A stretch of DNA of 64,000 nt from Candidatus Latescibacterota bacterium (GTDB lineage Bacteria; Latescibacterota; UBA2968; GCA-2709665), in the NCBI GenBank assembly GCA_963662665.2, contig CAXXJS010000028.1:128001-192000 (forward strand). Direction: 5' to 3'. The stretch's first letter is position 1. The number at the start of each line of letters is the position of its first letter. The notes beneath the pieces were generated by a model, which worked only from the letters and a program-made list of their open reading frames with translations, did no database searches and was not told the origin of the DNA. The position numbers were made by a program, and so were the translations under genes. Positions 28,457-38,483 of the stretch are shown piece after piece.

Positions 28457-31174
28457 GTGGACGTAATTAACGTGTTGACGCTGGCAGTCTGCTGCGTGAT
28501 TGCACTGGGCTGGGCGCGGCCCGCTGGGGCGGAGCCAACCCGCCCGGTATATCGCGTCGATGCGTCTTCGGAAAGGGTGAATCGCCTGAAACGATCGGTA
28601 TCCAGGGTGATGTCGATGCCCGAAGCCGACATGGTGGCTCTGGTACCTGACAAAACGGGATTCCGGTTTATGGGCTGCCCGAACTGTGACGAGGGGACGC
28701 AGGAGGGGCAGTTGCGATGGTCGATATCGGATCCGCACCGGGTGAAATGTCGATTTTGCGACATGGTCTTTCCGAACGATCAGTATCCCGAGGATCGGGT
28801 GATGAAGGTGGTGAATCCGGTGGGCGTGGAGGTGGCATATCCCTACTGGGAGGACGCGACCGGTTACAGGTATCTGTTTTCGGCCAGGGGATGGCGTGAG
28901 GCGAGGACGTATTTTTCGAGGATCGCGCAACTGTTCGGTGAGTTGTACCAGATGACAGGTGAGCAACCGTATGCGCGGCGAGCCGCGTTGATTCTGAATG
29001 CGTTCGCCCGGTATTACCCGGGTTTCCTGGTCAGCCGCGACTGGCCGCACCGTCCCAAGGGATTCGCAACGGAGCCGCCATATCCAAATGGCGGCGGGAA
29101 ATGGGGGCGGTGGCGCCACGACGAGATGCCAACGAACCTGGTGTTCGCGTACGATTCGATCTACAACAGCGGCGAGTTGGAGCGGCTCTCGGAAGAGATG
29201 GGGACGGACGTGAAGGCGCGTATCGAGAACGACTTCTTCCGGGGCGCCATTCGACAAGACCAATTTCACGAGACCGATTACGGCAACGCGGGGCCGCGGA
29301 TATACGAAGGATATATTGCGATCGGGCGGGTCCTGGGAGATCCCGGGCTGGTACACGAAGGCGTAAGGCAAAGCCGGGAACTGTTCAGGCGGACGTTCTA
29401 CGAGGACGGGTTCTGGATGGAGGGCAGTGTAGGTTATCATCAGATGACGATGGGGGGAATGAACAGGGTATTCCGTGCCGTTCGGGGGTACAGCGACCCG
29501 CCGGGGTATGTGCATCCGGAGAACGGGACGCGCCTGGAAGACCTGGACCTGGAACGGGATATCGCAGTGATTACCCGGGCAAAACGAATCCTGGACATCT
29601 GCCGATATCCTGACGGGCGGCAGATGACAATGCACGACAACTGGGCGCACTTCAGGAACCTGCGGGTACCCGATCGCTCGGTCTCGACGTTGCTGGCCGG
29701 CGTTGGGCACGCGTGGCTCGGGCAGGGAAAGGTTGACGAACAGGTACAGCTGCATCTGCACTTTTCCGGGGGCTACGGGCACCAACACGCGGATAATCTG
29801 AACATGGGTCTTTTCGCCAACGGTCACGAACTGTTGCCGGACGTGGGGTACACGCACACGCGGCACCGGGTCTGGAGTACGAGCACGCTGTGTCACAATA
29901 CGGTCGTGATCGATGAGCGGCGGCAGCATACCGGGGGCCGATCCGGACCGTCAGACGGACGTCTGCTGGCCTTCGAACCGGGGTTTGACGCGGTGAAGTG
30001 GGTGGAAGCGAGTGGAGAGCGGGCGTACCCGGGGCTGGCGAAGGTCTACCGGCGCTCGCTGCTTCTGGTGAACGCCGGGGGTTCGGACGTGTACGCGGTG
30101 GACCTGTTTCGCGTGACCGGTGGCTCGCAGCACGACTGGGCGCTGCACGGGAATGCGGATGCGGACGGGGACGCGACGGTCAGCGTTCCGCTCGCGAATT
30201 ACGGCGAACACATGCTGCCCGGCGTGGACGTCCGAATGCCCACGGGTGAGTCGGACCGGGGGGACGCCGAAGGTCGGAATATCGCCTACGCGTATTTCCA
30301 GAATGTCTCTCGTGGCGCGGCTTCGGACGATCTGAAGATCACGTTCAGCATTGACGATTCACCCGCGGCGGTGCGGACGCATATTCCCGGACAGGCGGGC
30401 GCGGAGGTGTTCGTGGGGGATGCGATGTCGTTTCGACGAGCGGAGGAGAACGATGCGCTCCAGGACCGGATTCGGATGCCGATCTTCCTTCTTCGCCGGA
30501 AGGGAACGTCGCCGCTCTCGAGCCGGTTCATCGCGGTACACGAACCGTTCTCAGGATCGCCATTCATAGAAGACGTGCGTCTGGAAACGCTGGATGGAGA
30601 CGCGGTGGGGATCGCGGTGAGCCATCACGGCGTTGTCGATCATATCGTGTATCGGGGAGGACCGGGAGACAACGCCATATCCATCGGAGACCTGTCGCTG
30701 AATGGCGAAGTCGGATTCGTGAGGGAGCGGGACGGCCGTCCGGAAATGATGGGTCTGTGGGGCGGTACGCTGCTGAAGTGGGATCAGATCGTACTCGAAG
30801 GCAGCGGCGCCTATGAGGGCGAAGTGACAGGTACCCTGAGGACCGAAGCCGGCGCGCCGCACGATGCACTGATCGTAAGCGGCGAGTTGCCGAAGGGCGA
30901 GGCATTGAAGGGTGCGACCGCGATCGTGACGTTCGGCGACGGATCTACCCGGGGATGCCGGGTGCGAGGGGTCGCGCGCGAAGGAGGGAAGACACACGTG
31001 TTGCTGGAATCCGATCCCGGGTTCGACGTCGACAGCGAAGGCATGCGTCACCTGTTCTTCCCGCATCGCGAGATCCCCGGGACGGTACGTTACCGCCTCA
31101 GAACATCGGCCTTCGTTCACACCGCCGACCGCTCGCTCACCTCAATCGGCGAGGCGAAGTTTTCGGGGAATTGA
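28457..31174 (+). CDS. Heparinase II/III-like secreted lyase
   Basis: Signal peptide, CPNC..CRFC, DGFWMEGSVGYH, GHQHADNL, DVGYTH, HNTVVID. Confidence 0.82.
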   Translation: MDVINVLTLAVCCVIALGWARPAGAEPTRPVYRVDASSERVNRLKRSVSRVMSMPEADMVALVPDKTGFRFMGCPNCDEGTQEGQLRWSISDPHRVKCRFCDMVFPNDQYPEDRVMKVVNPVGVEVAYPYWEDATGYRYLFSARGWREARTYFSRIAQLFGELYQMTGEQPYARRAALILNAFARYYPGFLVSRDWPHRPKGFATEPPYPNGGGKWGRWRHDEMPTNLVFAYDSIYNSGELERLSEEMGTDVKARIENDFFRGAIRQDQFHETDYGNAGPRIYEGYIAIGRVLGDPGLVHEGVRQSRELFRRTFYEDGFWMEGSVGYHQMTMGGMNRVFRAVRGYSDPPGYVHPENGTRLEDLDLERDIAVITRAKRILDICRYPDGRQMTMHDNWAHFRNLRVPDRSVSTLLAGVGHAWLGQGKVDEQVQLHLHFSGGYGHQHADNLNMGLFANGHELLPDVGYTHTRHRVWSTSTLCHNTVVIDERRQHTGGRSGPSDGRLLAFEPGFDAVKWVEASGERAYPGLAKVYRRSLLLVNAGGSDVYAVDLFRVTGGSQHDWALHGNADADGDATVSVPLANYGEHMLPGVDVRMPTGESDRGDAEGRNIAYAYFQNVSRGAASDDLKITFSIDDSPAAVRTHIPGQAGAEVFVGDAMSFRRAEENDALQDRIRMPIFLLRRKGTSPLSSRFIAVHEPFSGSPFIEDVRLETLDGDAVGIAVSHHGVVDHIVYRGGPGDNAISIGDLSLNGEVGFVRERDGRPEMMGLWGGTLLKWDQIVLEGSGAYEGEVTGTLRTEAGAPHDALIVSGELPKGEALKGATAIVTFGDGSTRGCRVRGVAREGGKTHVLLESDPGFDVDSEGMRHLFFPHREIPGTVRYRLRTSAFVHTADRSLTSIGEAKFSGN

Positions 31175-31297
31175 GGTGTAAAACACAACGCGACAACAGG
31201 ATGACGCGCACCCTCACCAGCTCATCATAACTCTTCTTGGACAGCACCCGGTAGCCCTGATTATGCGGGACATGCTGATCGTTTAAGCAGGATTATA

Positions 31298-31313
31298 CTG
31301 TACTAAAGTACAG
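31298..31313. promoter_or_regulatory. Perfect 7-2-7 inverted repeat, candidate NarL-family operator
   Basis: CTGTACT-AA-AGTACAG about 115 bp upstream of the SDR start; the operon ends with a NarL-type regulator. Confidence 0.55.
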
Positions 31314-31324
31314 GATTCAAACAC

Positions 31325-31352
31325 GCCCTCCGTTCGATGCGGAGGGCTTTTT
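31325..31352 (+). terminator. Hairpin with U-tract
   Basis: GCCCTCCG..CGGAGGGC followed by TTTTT. Confidence 0.6.
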
Positions 31353-31429
31353 ATATGGGTAAATTTCAAGCACGACAAGAGAAGGGCGGATCATCACGGT
31401 TGGCGTTTCAAAATCAGAGGAGGTTGACT

Positions 31430-32131
31430 ATGTCGAAGCGAACGGCACTGATTACAGGCGCATCTCGGGGATTGGGATTTGCACTCGCGCGTGAACTCGC
31501 ACGCCGGGGATGGCGATTGGTCATAAACGCAAGAGATTCGGAGGCACTGGAAGCCGCACGGGAAGAACTGGCAAAATGGACGGACGTTATCGCCGTTCCG
31601 GGAGATGTCACGGAGGCCGAACATCGTCTGGAGCTTTCTTGGGCCGCGCAAGGAGCCGGAGGGCTGGATGCCGTGATCAACAATGCCGGCATGCTTGGCC
31701 CGAGTCCACAGCCTGAATTGCTGGATTATCCACCCGACGTCCTGGAAGACGTGTATCGCGCCAATGTAGTTGCGCCTCTGGGTGTGCTGCAGGCGGTTCA
31801 ACAGGCGCTGAAGCCTGGCGCATGCGTGATCAACGTGACAAGCGACGCAGCCCGCGAGGCGTACGAGGGCTGGGGCGGATACGGTTCTTCAAAAGCGGCG
31901 CTTGAACAGCTTTCAAACGTGCTCGCCGCAGAACGTCCGGACTTGCGCGTGTACCGGGTGGATCCGGGCGATATGCGGACCCGGATGCATCAGGAGGCAT
32001 TTCCCGGAGAGGATATCAGCGACCGCCCGTTGCCTGAGACGAGCGTGGGGGGATTTATGGAACTGATGGAAGGTTCGTACGAGAGCGGGCGTTACGTAGC
32101 GCGGGAGTCATTCATTGCGACAGATAGCTGA
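31430..32131 (+). CDS. Short-chain dehydrogenase/reductase
   Basis: TGASRGLG, NNAG, YGSSK, VDPGDMRT; GGAGG RBS. Confidence 0.93.
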   Translation: MSKRTALITGASRGLGFALARELARRGWRLVINARDSEALEAAREELAKWTDVIAVPGDVTEAEHRLELSWAAQGAGGLDAVINNAGMLGPSPQPELLDYPPDVLEDVYRANVVAPLGVLQAVQQALKPGACVINVTSDAAREAYEGWGGYGSSKAALEQLSNVLAAERPDLRVYRVDPGDMRTRMHQEAFPGEDISDRPLPETSVGGFMELMEGSYESGRYVARESFIATDS

Positions 32132-32151
32132 TTCTGTATAGGGGGTTCTAC

Positions 32152-33258
32152 ATGTCCAATCCAATGCCGAGTACCGTATCACCCATTACTATAGTGGACT
32201 CACGGCTTGATTCTCTGGTCTTTGATCTGCCCTCGCGTCTTGAAGCAGGCGAGCCCCCGGAGGTACGTGGATTCGATCGAGACGAAGTCCGGTTGATGGT
32301 CTCGCGGCAAAGCGATGACTCAATCGAACACGTCGCTTTTCGGGATCTGCCCGGCGTGCTTCATGCGGGTGACGTGGTGGTGATCAATACCAGCGGTACC
32401 CGCAAAGCGTCGTTGCCTGTTTCCCGGTCCGACGGTCTGGAATTGAGGCTGCATCTGTCAACACGATTGCCGGCCGAAACGTGGGCTGTTGAAGTGCGCA
32501 CATCGGACGCCAAGGGGCCTTTCTTTCGGGCAAGTCCGGGCGAGGTGTTGGCGTTGCCCGGTGGCGGATCGGCGCATCTGCACGCGCCCTACAGGCCTGA
32601 ACACCGCGCTGATCCTGACGCTGACGTTCGTTTATGGATGGCCACGTTGAAATTACCCTGCGGCGTTAACACTTACCTGGACGTTTACGGCGCGCCCATT
32701 CGGTATGGATACGTGCGGGATAACTGGCCGATTGAGTACTATCAGAACGTATATGCGACAGAGACAGGGAGCGCTGAAATGCCATCGGCCGGGCGCGCAT
32801 TCACACCCCGGGTCATCACGAATCTGGTTGCAGAGGGCGTTCAGATTGCGCCGCTGATCCTGCACACCGGTGTGGCGAGTCTTGAATCCGATGAACCGCC
32901 GTACGAAGAATATTACCGTGTTCCGGAACCAACTGCACGCGTCATCAACAGCGCGCGCGAGAATTCTGGGCGGATCATCGCCGTTGGCACCACGGTAGTC
33001 CGGGCGCTTGAGACCGTTGCCGAAGAAGCGGGGTGGGTCTACCCGGGTCAAGGGTGGACAGACCTGGTGATTTCGCCGGAGCGGCCGATGCGGGTTGTAG
33101 ACGGCCTGTTGACCGGCTTGCACGAACCGCGCGCCACACATCTGGCGATGTTGCAGGCATTGACCGGTCCGGATCATCTACGTGCGACCTATGAAGAGGC
33201 ACTCAGCGAGGGATATCTGTGGCATGAATTCGGCGATCTGCAATTGATTTTGCCCTGA
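32152..33258 (+). CDS. Divergent QueA-like SAM:tRNA ribosyltransferase-isomerase family protein
   Basis: RDEVRLMV, GDVVVINTS, YQNVYA, GSAEMPSAGRAFT, LHTG, AVGTTVVRALET, TGLHEP, WHEFGD. Confidence 0.85.
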   Translation: MSNPMPSTVSPITIVDSRLDSLVFDLPSRLEAGEPPEVRGFDRDEVRLMVSRQSDDSIEHVAFRDLPGVLHAGDVVVINTSGTRKASLPVSRSDGLELRLHLSTRLPAETWAVEVRTSDAKGPFFRASPGEVLALPGGGSAHLHAPYRPEHRADPDADVRLWMATLKLPCGVNTYLDVYGAPIRYGYVRDNWPIEYYQNVYATETGSAEMPSAGRAFTPRVITNLVAEGVQIAPLILHTGVASLESDEPPYEEYYRVPEPTARVINSARENSGRIIAVGTTVVRALETVAEEAGWVYPGQGWTDLVISPERPMRVVDGLLTGLHEPRATHLAMLQALTGPDHLRATYEEALSEGYLWHEFGDLQLILP

Positions 33259-33301
33259 ACAGGAGATATATTGGCAGAGCCTACTCGCAGAAAGAATCCA
33301 A

Positions 33302-34480
33302 ATGCTATCGAAAGAAACCATGCCGACTTCGACCGACCAACTCGGACAGCGCAATCGCGAACTTACCGTTCTGAACGAGATTGCCCATGCATTGAACCAG
33401 TCTGTTGATCTCGATCAGGCCCTGGAAACAACGCTTCGAAAGGTTGCCGCACTACTCGGCCTGAACACAAGCTGGATATGGCTCATGAACGAAGAGACCG
33501 GCGAGCCGTACCTTGCGGCTGAACACAACCTGCCGCCCGCGCTGCAGGACAATCCGGTCAGAATGGGTGGGTGGTGCTATTGTCTGGACACCTACCGGCG
33601 AGGAGATTTGAAGGGGGCGGCGAACGTGAACGTTGTGACGTGCAGCCGTCTGAAGGGGCTTGTTGAAGGGACGGACGGTTTACGGTACCACGCGAGCATT
33701 CCGCTGTACGCGAAGGGGAAGAGAGTGGGAGTGATGAACGTGGCGAGCGGCGCGTGGCGCGAACTTTCGTCCGAGGACTTGCGCCTGCTCAACACCGTGG
33801 GCGATCTGACCGGCATCGCAATCGAACGGGCGCGTTTGTATGAACAGAGCGTAGAAACCGGGGTCGCGAACGAGCGTGTCCGACTCGCACGGGAAATTCA
33901 CGATACCCTCGGTCAGAATCTGGCGGCGATTCTGATGCGGCTGGAAACGCTGGATGCGTTGATTGACGACGATGCGGACCGAAAAAAGCTGTCCGGGATT
34001 CTGGGCGGGGCAATGGCGATTGCTCGCGACAATCTCGAGGAGGCGCGCCGTGCGGTACTGGACCTGCGGGCCGCGCCGCTCGAAAACCGTTCATTGCAAG
34101 GGGCATTGGAAGATTTGGGGAAGGCGATCGGATCCGAGGCCGGTGTGGACGTTCGTATAGAATGTGTTGGCGGACGTCCTCTATCAGCCAGCGTCGAATC
34201 CGGTTTGTATCGCATGGCGCAGGAGGCGATGAACAACGTCGTTGAACACGCGGGCGCAGAGAAGGCCCACGTCAAACTGACGTCGACGCCCGATTACGTT
34301 GCGCTTGTCGTTGAAGACGATGGTTGCGGATTCGACACGACAAACACCTTCCAGGGTCGTCACGGGCTCGCAGGAATGAGTGAACGGGCGCGCTTGTTGA
34401 GGGGATCAATGGTCATTGACAGCGCGCCGGGGCGCGGCACGCGATTGGAAATTCGTGTTCCTGCGCAGGAGAGGACATGA
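33302..34480 (+). CDS. Cytoplasmic GAF sensor histidine kinase (HisKA_3, AirS/YhcS-like)
   Basis: GAF with CYC-x19-CSRL; ERVRLAREIHD H-box; QEAMNN, DDGCGF, GLAGMSER; no TM segment. Confidence 0.9.
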   Translation: MLSKETMPTSTDQLGQRNRELTVLNEIAHALNQSVDLDQALETTLRKVAALLGLNTSWIWLMNEETGEPYLAAEHNLPPALQDNPVRMGGWCYCLDTYRRGDLKGAANVNVVTCSRLKGLVEGTDGLRYHASIPLYAKGKRVGVMNVASGAWRELSSEDLRLLNTVGDLTGIAIERARLYEQSVETGVANERVRLAREIHDTLGQNLAAILMRLETLDALIDDDADRKKLSGILGGAMAIARDNLEEARRAVLDLRAAPLENRSLQGALEDLGKAIGSEAGVDVRIECVGGRPLSASVESGLYRMAQEAMNNVVEHAGAEKAHVKLTSTPDYVALVVEDDGCGFDTTNTFQGRHGLAGMSERARLLRGSMVIDSAPGRGTRLEIRVPAQERT

Positions 34481-35097
34481 GCGCGCCGATTCGCATTCTG
34501 ATTGTAGACGACCATCCCGTCATCCGGGATGGCCTCACTGCGATGTTGAATACACAGACCGATTTTGAGGTCGTAGGTGAAGCCGGCGACGGCGAGGACG
34601 CGATGCGGAAAATCGCCGATTGGGATCCCGACGTGATCTTGCTGGACCTGGAGATGCCGGGCGTGGATGGGATTGAGACCCTTCAACGCTTGAAGGAAAT
34701 GGACGTTCGGGCGCGGGTGATTGTTTTCACGGTCTTTGACACGGACGAACGCATTGTCTCAGCCATGCGCGCGGGTGCAATGGGCTATCTGCTCAAGGGC
34801 GCGCCAAGAGAGGACGTGTTTCGCGCTGTCAGGGTGGTCAATGAAGGAGGCTCGTTACTGGAACCGGCGGTTGCTTCGAGGTTTCTGGACAGCATCAACG
34901 ATCCGGATGCGTTGACAGCGCGGCAAAGGGAAGTGCTGAAGCTGATTGCAACGGGTCTGTTAAACAAGGAAATCGCCGACCGGCTCTACATTTCCGAACG
35001 CACCGTCAAGTTCCACGTGAGCGAAATCCTCGCCAAACTCGGCGCGGGAAACCGTACCGAAGCAGTAGCAATCGCGACGGAGAAGGGATTGATATAA
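34477..35097 (+). CDS. NarL/LuxR-family response regulator
   Basis: IVDDH, LLDLEMP, GYLLK, LTARQREVL..NKEIA..TVKFHV; ATGA overlap with the kinase. Confidence 0.95.
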   Translation: MSAPIRILIVDDHPVIRDGLTAMLNTQTDFEVVGEAGDGEDAMRKIADWDPDVILLDLEMPGVDGIETLQRLKEMDVRARVIVFTVFDTDERIVSAMRAGAMGYLLKGAPREDVFRAVRVVNEGGSLLEPAVASRFLDSINDPDALTARQREVLKLIATGLLNKEIADRLYISERTVKFHVSEILAKLGAGNRTEAVAIATEKGLI

Positions 35098-35172
35098 ACA
35101 ACCGGTATTCAGCGCCCTGCGATCCGCATCGAAGGGTTGTCTTTCGGGAGCTGATATCCTCACGGATAGTAC

Positions 35173-35445
35173 TTGCTGGCCGACATGTACCAGATGTTCG
35201 TATACGGTAAGAAATACGGCTGCAGGAAGGTCGCGCTGGTCTATCCGAAGACGGACGAGTTTAATAAATCGTTACAATACGAATTCGACAAACAACTGTT
35301 ATTGACCTGTTTTCCGTTTGATGTGACCAAACCGGAGTGTGGCGTTAGAAAGATAATCGAAAATCTGAAAAACCGAGTTTGGTCGAATAAAGCGGAGAAA
35401 GAAAAAAAGAACCAGTGTGTTTCGATTTACGCTACAAGCGGTTGA
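35173..35445 (+). pseudogene. C-terminal fragment of McrC-like restriction endonuclease subunit
   Basis: ADMYQMFVYGKKY...LVYP is the McrC tail motif; the rest of the gene and mcrB are absent. Confidence 0.7.
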
Positions 35446-35544
35446 TTTCTGATGGTAACTTGGTATTCTACACACAGTCTGACCGGAATCTATTTTCACG
35501 GGGTCGGTGACGGTTAATGCTTCCGATTGCATTGGAGATGCTCG

Positions 35545-35832
35545 ATGATCAGAGGCGATAATCCGATTAAGAGATCTGATGATGATGTTATTGGTAGAGC
35601 AGTTGAAGCAAATAAGTTCGCTCGAAATGTACTTGAACTTGATACCAGTGAGGGGGCAGTAGTCGGTGTCTTAGGTCCTTGGGGTTCCGGGAAAACTTCC
35701 TTTATAAACCTGGCCAGGGAGGAATTCGAGAAAGCAAGGGTTCCCATTCTCGATTTTAATCCGTGGATGTTCAGCGGTACAACCCAACTCATTCAGGCGT
35801 TTTTTATAGAACTTTCCGCACAACTTAAGCAG
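35545..35832 (+). pseudogene. KAP-family P-loop NTPase, 5' part (IS21-interrupted)
   Basis: DNPI...DVIGR, GPWGSGKTS Walker A, FNPWMFSG; GGAG RBS. Confidence 0.9.
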
Positions 35833-36035
35833 TGTTAGTGATCGGTCATATGGAGCCATTTGGGGATCGCCATAATGGCGCCACGTGAGGATCGCCGTAA
35901 AGGCGCCACGCGAGGATCGCCGTAATAGCGCCATGTGAGGTAACCGGAAAAGGGGTCTCGGGCATTCCGTTCATCGTTGTTTACCTTCTGACGACACAGT
36001 GGATAACTATTCGCACAAGTCAGGAGGGATACAAG

Positions 36036-37610
36036 ATGTCAAACCGGAGGTTCGAGATGCACGAATACCGACACGTGATTGTCTGCATGCGGTTGGGACA
36101 GTCCGACCGCGCGATTGCCGAAGCCGGATTGATGGGTCGCAAGAAAGTGGGTCAACTGCGCCGCCTTGCTGCTCGTCACGGTTTTCTGGACCTTTGCAAA
36201 CCCGTGCCTGAGGAAGCCACGCTTGCGAAAGTGTTGGAGTTGGCTTCGACCCGTGCGGCTGTTTCCCTGGTGCTCCCGTATCGGGAGGAAGTCACCCGCT
36301 GGTGGCGACAGGGCATCCAGGGTACGACGATCCACCAGGCGCTTGTTTGCAAGTACGGATTTTCCGGCAGTTACTCGTCCATCCGCCGTTTTCTGCAGGG
36401 GTTGGAACAGACCCATCCGCGGGTCACGACGGTTCTGGGTTTCTCTCCGGGCGATGTTGCGCAGGTGGACTTTGGCGCCGGTCCACGCATCCAGGACGTG
36501 CATACGGGCCAGGTCTGCTCGACCTGGGTCTTTGTCATGGTCTTGGCCTGGAGTCGTCACCAATACGCGGCGTTCGTCACCGACCAGAAGGTCGCGACGT
36601 GGTTGCTTTGCCACCGCCACGCCTTCGAGTTCTTCGCTGGTGTGCCCAAAAGGGTGATGATCGATAACCCCAAGAGCGCCATCACCCGCGCGTGTTATTA
36701 CGATCCGGGCGTGCAGCGTGCTTACGCCGCCTGCGCCGAAGGCTATGGCTTTCTCATCTCACCGTGTCCCCCACGAGACCCCAAGAAGAAGGGACGCGTC
36801 GAGGCCGGCGTCAAATATGTGAAGAGAAACTTCCTGCCACTACGCGACTTCCGAAGCGTGGCCGACGCGAATGCACAACTTCGAGAATGGGTGCTCGCCA
36901 TCGCCGGCAACCGCATCCACGGCACCACGCAGGAAAAGCCGCTGAACCGCTTTGCGCAAACCGAGCGTCATCTCCTCACGCCTTTGCCCGATATCCCCCC
37001 TGAAGAAGCGTCCTGGACCCCCGTCAAAGTACACGGCGACTGCCACGTGCAGTTCGAAAAGTGCCGCTACAGTGTGCCTTTTAGCCTCGTGCGCCGCGAC
37101 CTCTGGCTGCGGGCAGGACCAACCACGGTCCGGATCTACAAGGATCAACAACTGGTGGCCGCCCATTCCCGTCTGCACAATCCCGGCGCCCGTTCCACTG
37201 TGGATGACCATCTGCCACCCGACGCCAGGGCCTACAAGATGCGAGATCCGCAATGGTGCTTGAAACAGGCCAAACGCATCGGGCCGGCCTGCCGGGAGCT
37301 CATCGAGTGCCTCTTTGCAGACAGGGTCCTCGACAAGCTACGCGCGGCACAAGGGGTCATCAGGATGGAAAAACGCTATGGCCCCGCCCGCCTGGAAGCC
37401 GCCTGCGCCCGCGCATTGGCTTTCGACAGTCCCCTGTATCGCACCGTCAAAACCATCCTGGATCGGGGACTCGACCAGCAGCCCGACACACCAAACACGC
37501 CCGATAAGCTGCCTGACGTCTATAAAGGCGCTGGGCTTTTTTGCAGAGAGACAACCGATCTGTTCCATCACATAGACAACGCTGCCCATTCCAAGGAGAC
37601 ACGGCCATGA
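36036..37610 (+). CDS. istA: IS21 transposase
   Basis: PGDVAQVDFG, IDNPKS, KGRVE DDE motifs, YSVP. Confidence 0.96.
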   Translation: MSNRRFEMHEYRHVIVCMRLGQSDRAIAEAGLMGRKKVGQLRRLAARHGFLDLCKPVPEEATLAKVLELASTRAAVSLVLPYREEVTRWWRQGIQGTTIHQALVCKYGFSGSYSSIRRFLQGLEQTHPRVTTVLGFSPGDVAQVDFGAGPRIQDVHTGQVCSTWVFVMVLAWSRHQYAAFVTDQKVATWLLCHRHAFEFFAGVPKRVMIDNPKSAITRACYYDPGVQRAYAACAEGYGFLISPCPPRDPKKKGRVEAGVKYVKRNFLPLRDFRSVADANAQLREWVLAIAGNRIHGTTQEKPLNRFAQTERHLLTPLPDIPPEEASWTPVKVHGDCHVQFEKCRYSVPFSLVRRDLWLRAGPTTVRIYKDQQLVAAHSRLHNPGARSTVDDHLPPDARAYKMRDPQWCLKQAKRIGPACRELIECLFADRVLDKLRAAQGVIRMEKRYGPARLEAACARALAFDSPLYRTVKTILDRGLDQQPDTPNTPDKLPDVYKGAGLFCRETTDLFHHIDNAAHSKETRP

Positions 37611-38386
37611 ACCCCATGCCTGAGCTGGCGCCCTTGCTCAAACAACTGCGTTTGTCCGGCATCGTCGAATCCCTGCCGACAAGAAACCGCGAGGCCACCG
37701 AAAAACAGTTGTCCTATGCTGAGTTCCTCGCCTTACTCATCCAGGACGAAGTCGCAAGACGCGAACAGAAAAAGTTCGCCCTCAGAGTACGTCGCGCAGG
37801 CTTCAGAAACGAAAAAACCCTCGAAGGCTTTGACTTCTCCTTCAATCCCAAGATCAATCAGACGCAAATCCAGGAACTGGCGTCCTGCCACTTCATCCAC
37901 GAGAAGGTCGCTGTCCTCATCGCCGGACCCTGCGGCACTGGCAAAAGCCACATCGCCCAGGCCTTAGGTCACTGCGCCGTCCGCAACGGCTACGATGTGC
38001 TCTTCTACACACAAACCAAACTGTTGGGACACCTGCACGCCGCCAGAGCCACCCATACCTTCGATCGCCGTTTCCACGCCCTGGCCAAGGTCCCCCTCCT
38101 CGTCATCGATGACTTCGGACTCCGACCCCTTAGCCCGCCGCACGAGGACGACTTCCATGACCTCATCGCCGAACGCTATGAACGCGCTGCCACTATCGTC
38201 ACCTCCAACCTCGACTTCAACGAGTGGGGTAACGCCTTCTCCAATCGACTCCTCGGCGCTGCAACACTCGACCGACTGCGACACGCCGCCTACCGCATCA
38301 TCCTCGACGGTCACAGCTATCGGTCTCCGCGTCCCCTACGTACACCACACAAAATCACCCTTGCAAAGGAGGTCACTAAAACCTAA
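37607..38386 (+). CDS. istB: IS21 helper AAA+ ATPase
   Basis: GPCGTGKSH, LLVIDDFG, TSN, LDRLRH; ATGA overlap with istA. Confidence 0.96.
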   Translation: MNPMPELAPLLKQLRLSGIVESLPTRNREATEKQLSYAEFLALLIQDEVARREQKKFALRVRRAGFRNEKTLEGFDFSFNPKINQTQIQELASCHFIHEKVAVLIAGPCGTGKSHIAQALGHCAVRNGYDVLFYTQTKLLGHLHAARATHTFDRRFHALAKVPLLVIDDFGLRPLSPPHEDDFHDLIAERYERAATIVTSNLDFNEWGNAFSNRLLGAATLDRLRHAAYRIILDGHSYRSPRPLRTPHKITLAKEVTKT

Positions 38387-38483
38387 TTACATGTCCCGTC
38401 TGAGACCCCCCTTTTGACCCTCGCTCACTGGCGCCTTTAAGCCGATCATGGGTGGCGCCTTTACACCGATCATTGACAAGCAG

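Larger units (their letters stand above)
35833..38478 (+). mobile_element. IS21-family insertion sequence, 2646 bp
   Basis: Ends TGTTAGTGATCGG / CCGATCATTGACA, internal 25-bp GATCG..GCGCCA repeats, 5-bp target duplication AGCAG (35828-35832, 38479-38483). Confidence 0.96.

Noticed and set aside
28034-29929. 631-aa minus-strand ORF
   Set aside because: Antisense shadow of the Kelch-like and heparinase-like genes in GC-rich DNA; no motifs. The same applies to most short overlapping ORFs in the track.
31260-31430. preQ1 or SAM riboswitch ahead of the QueA-like operon
   Set aside because: No recognisable aptamer consensus; only a palindrome and a simple hairpin. An Rfam scan would settle it.
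35173-35445. Functional McrBC system
   Set aside because: Only the last ~90 codons of McrC are present and mcrB is absent.
35840-35940. CRISPR or iteron array (25-bp period)
   Set aside because: These are the internal transposase-binding repeats of the IS21 left end, mirrored at the right end.
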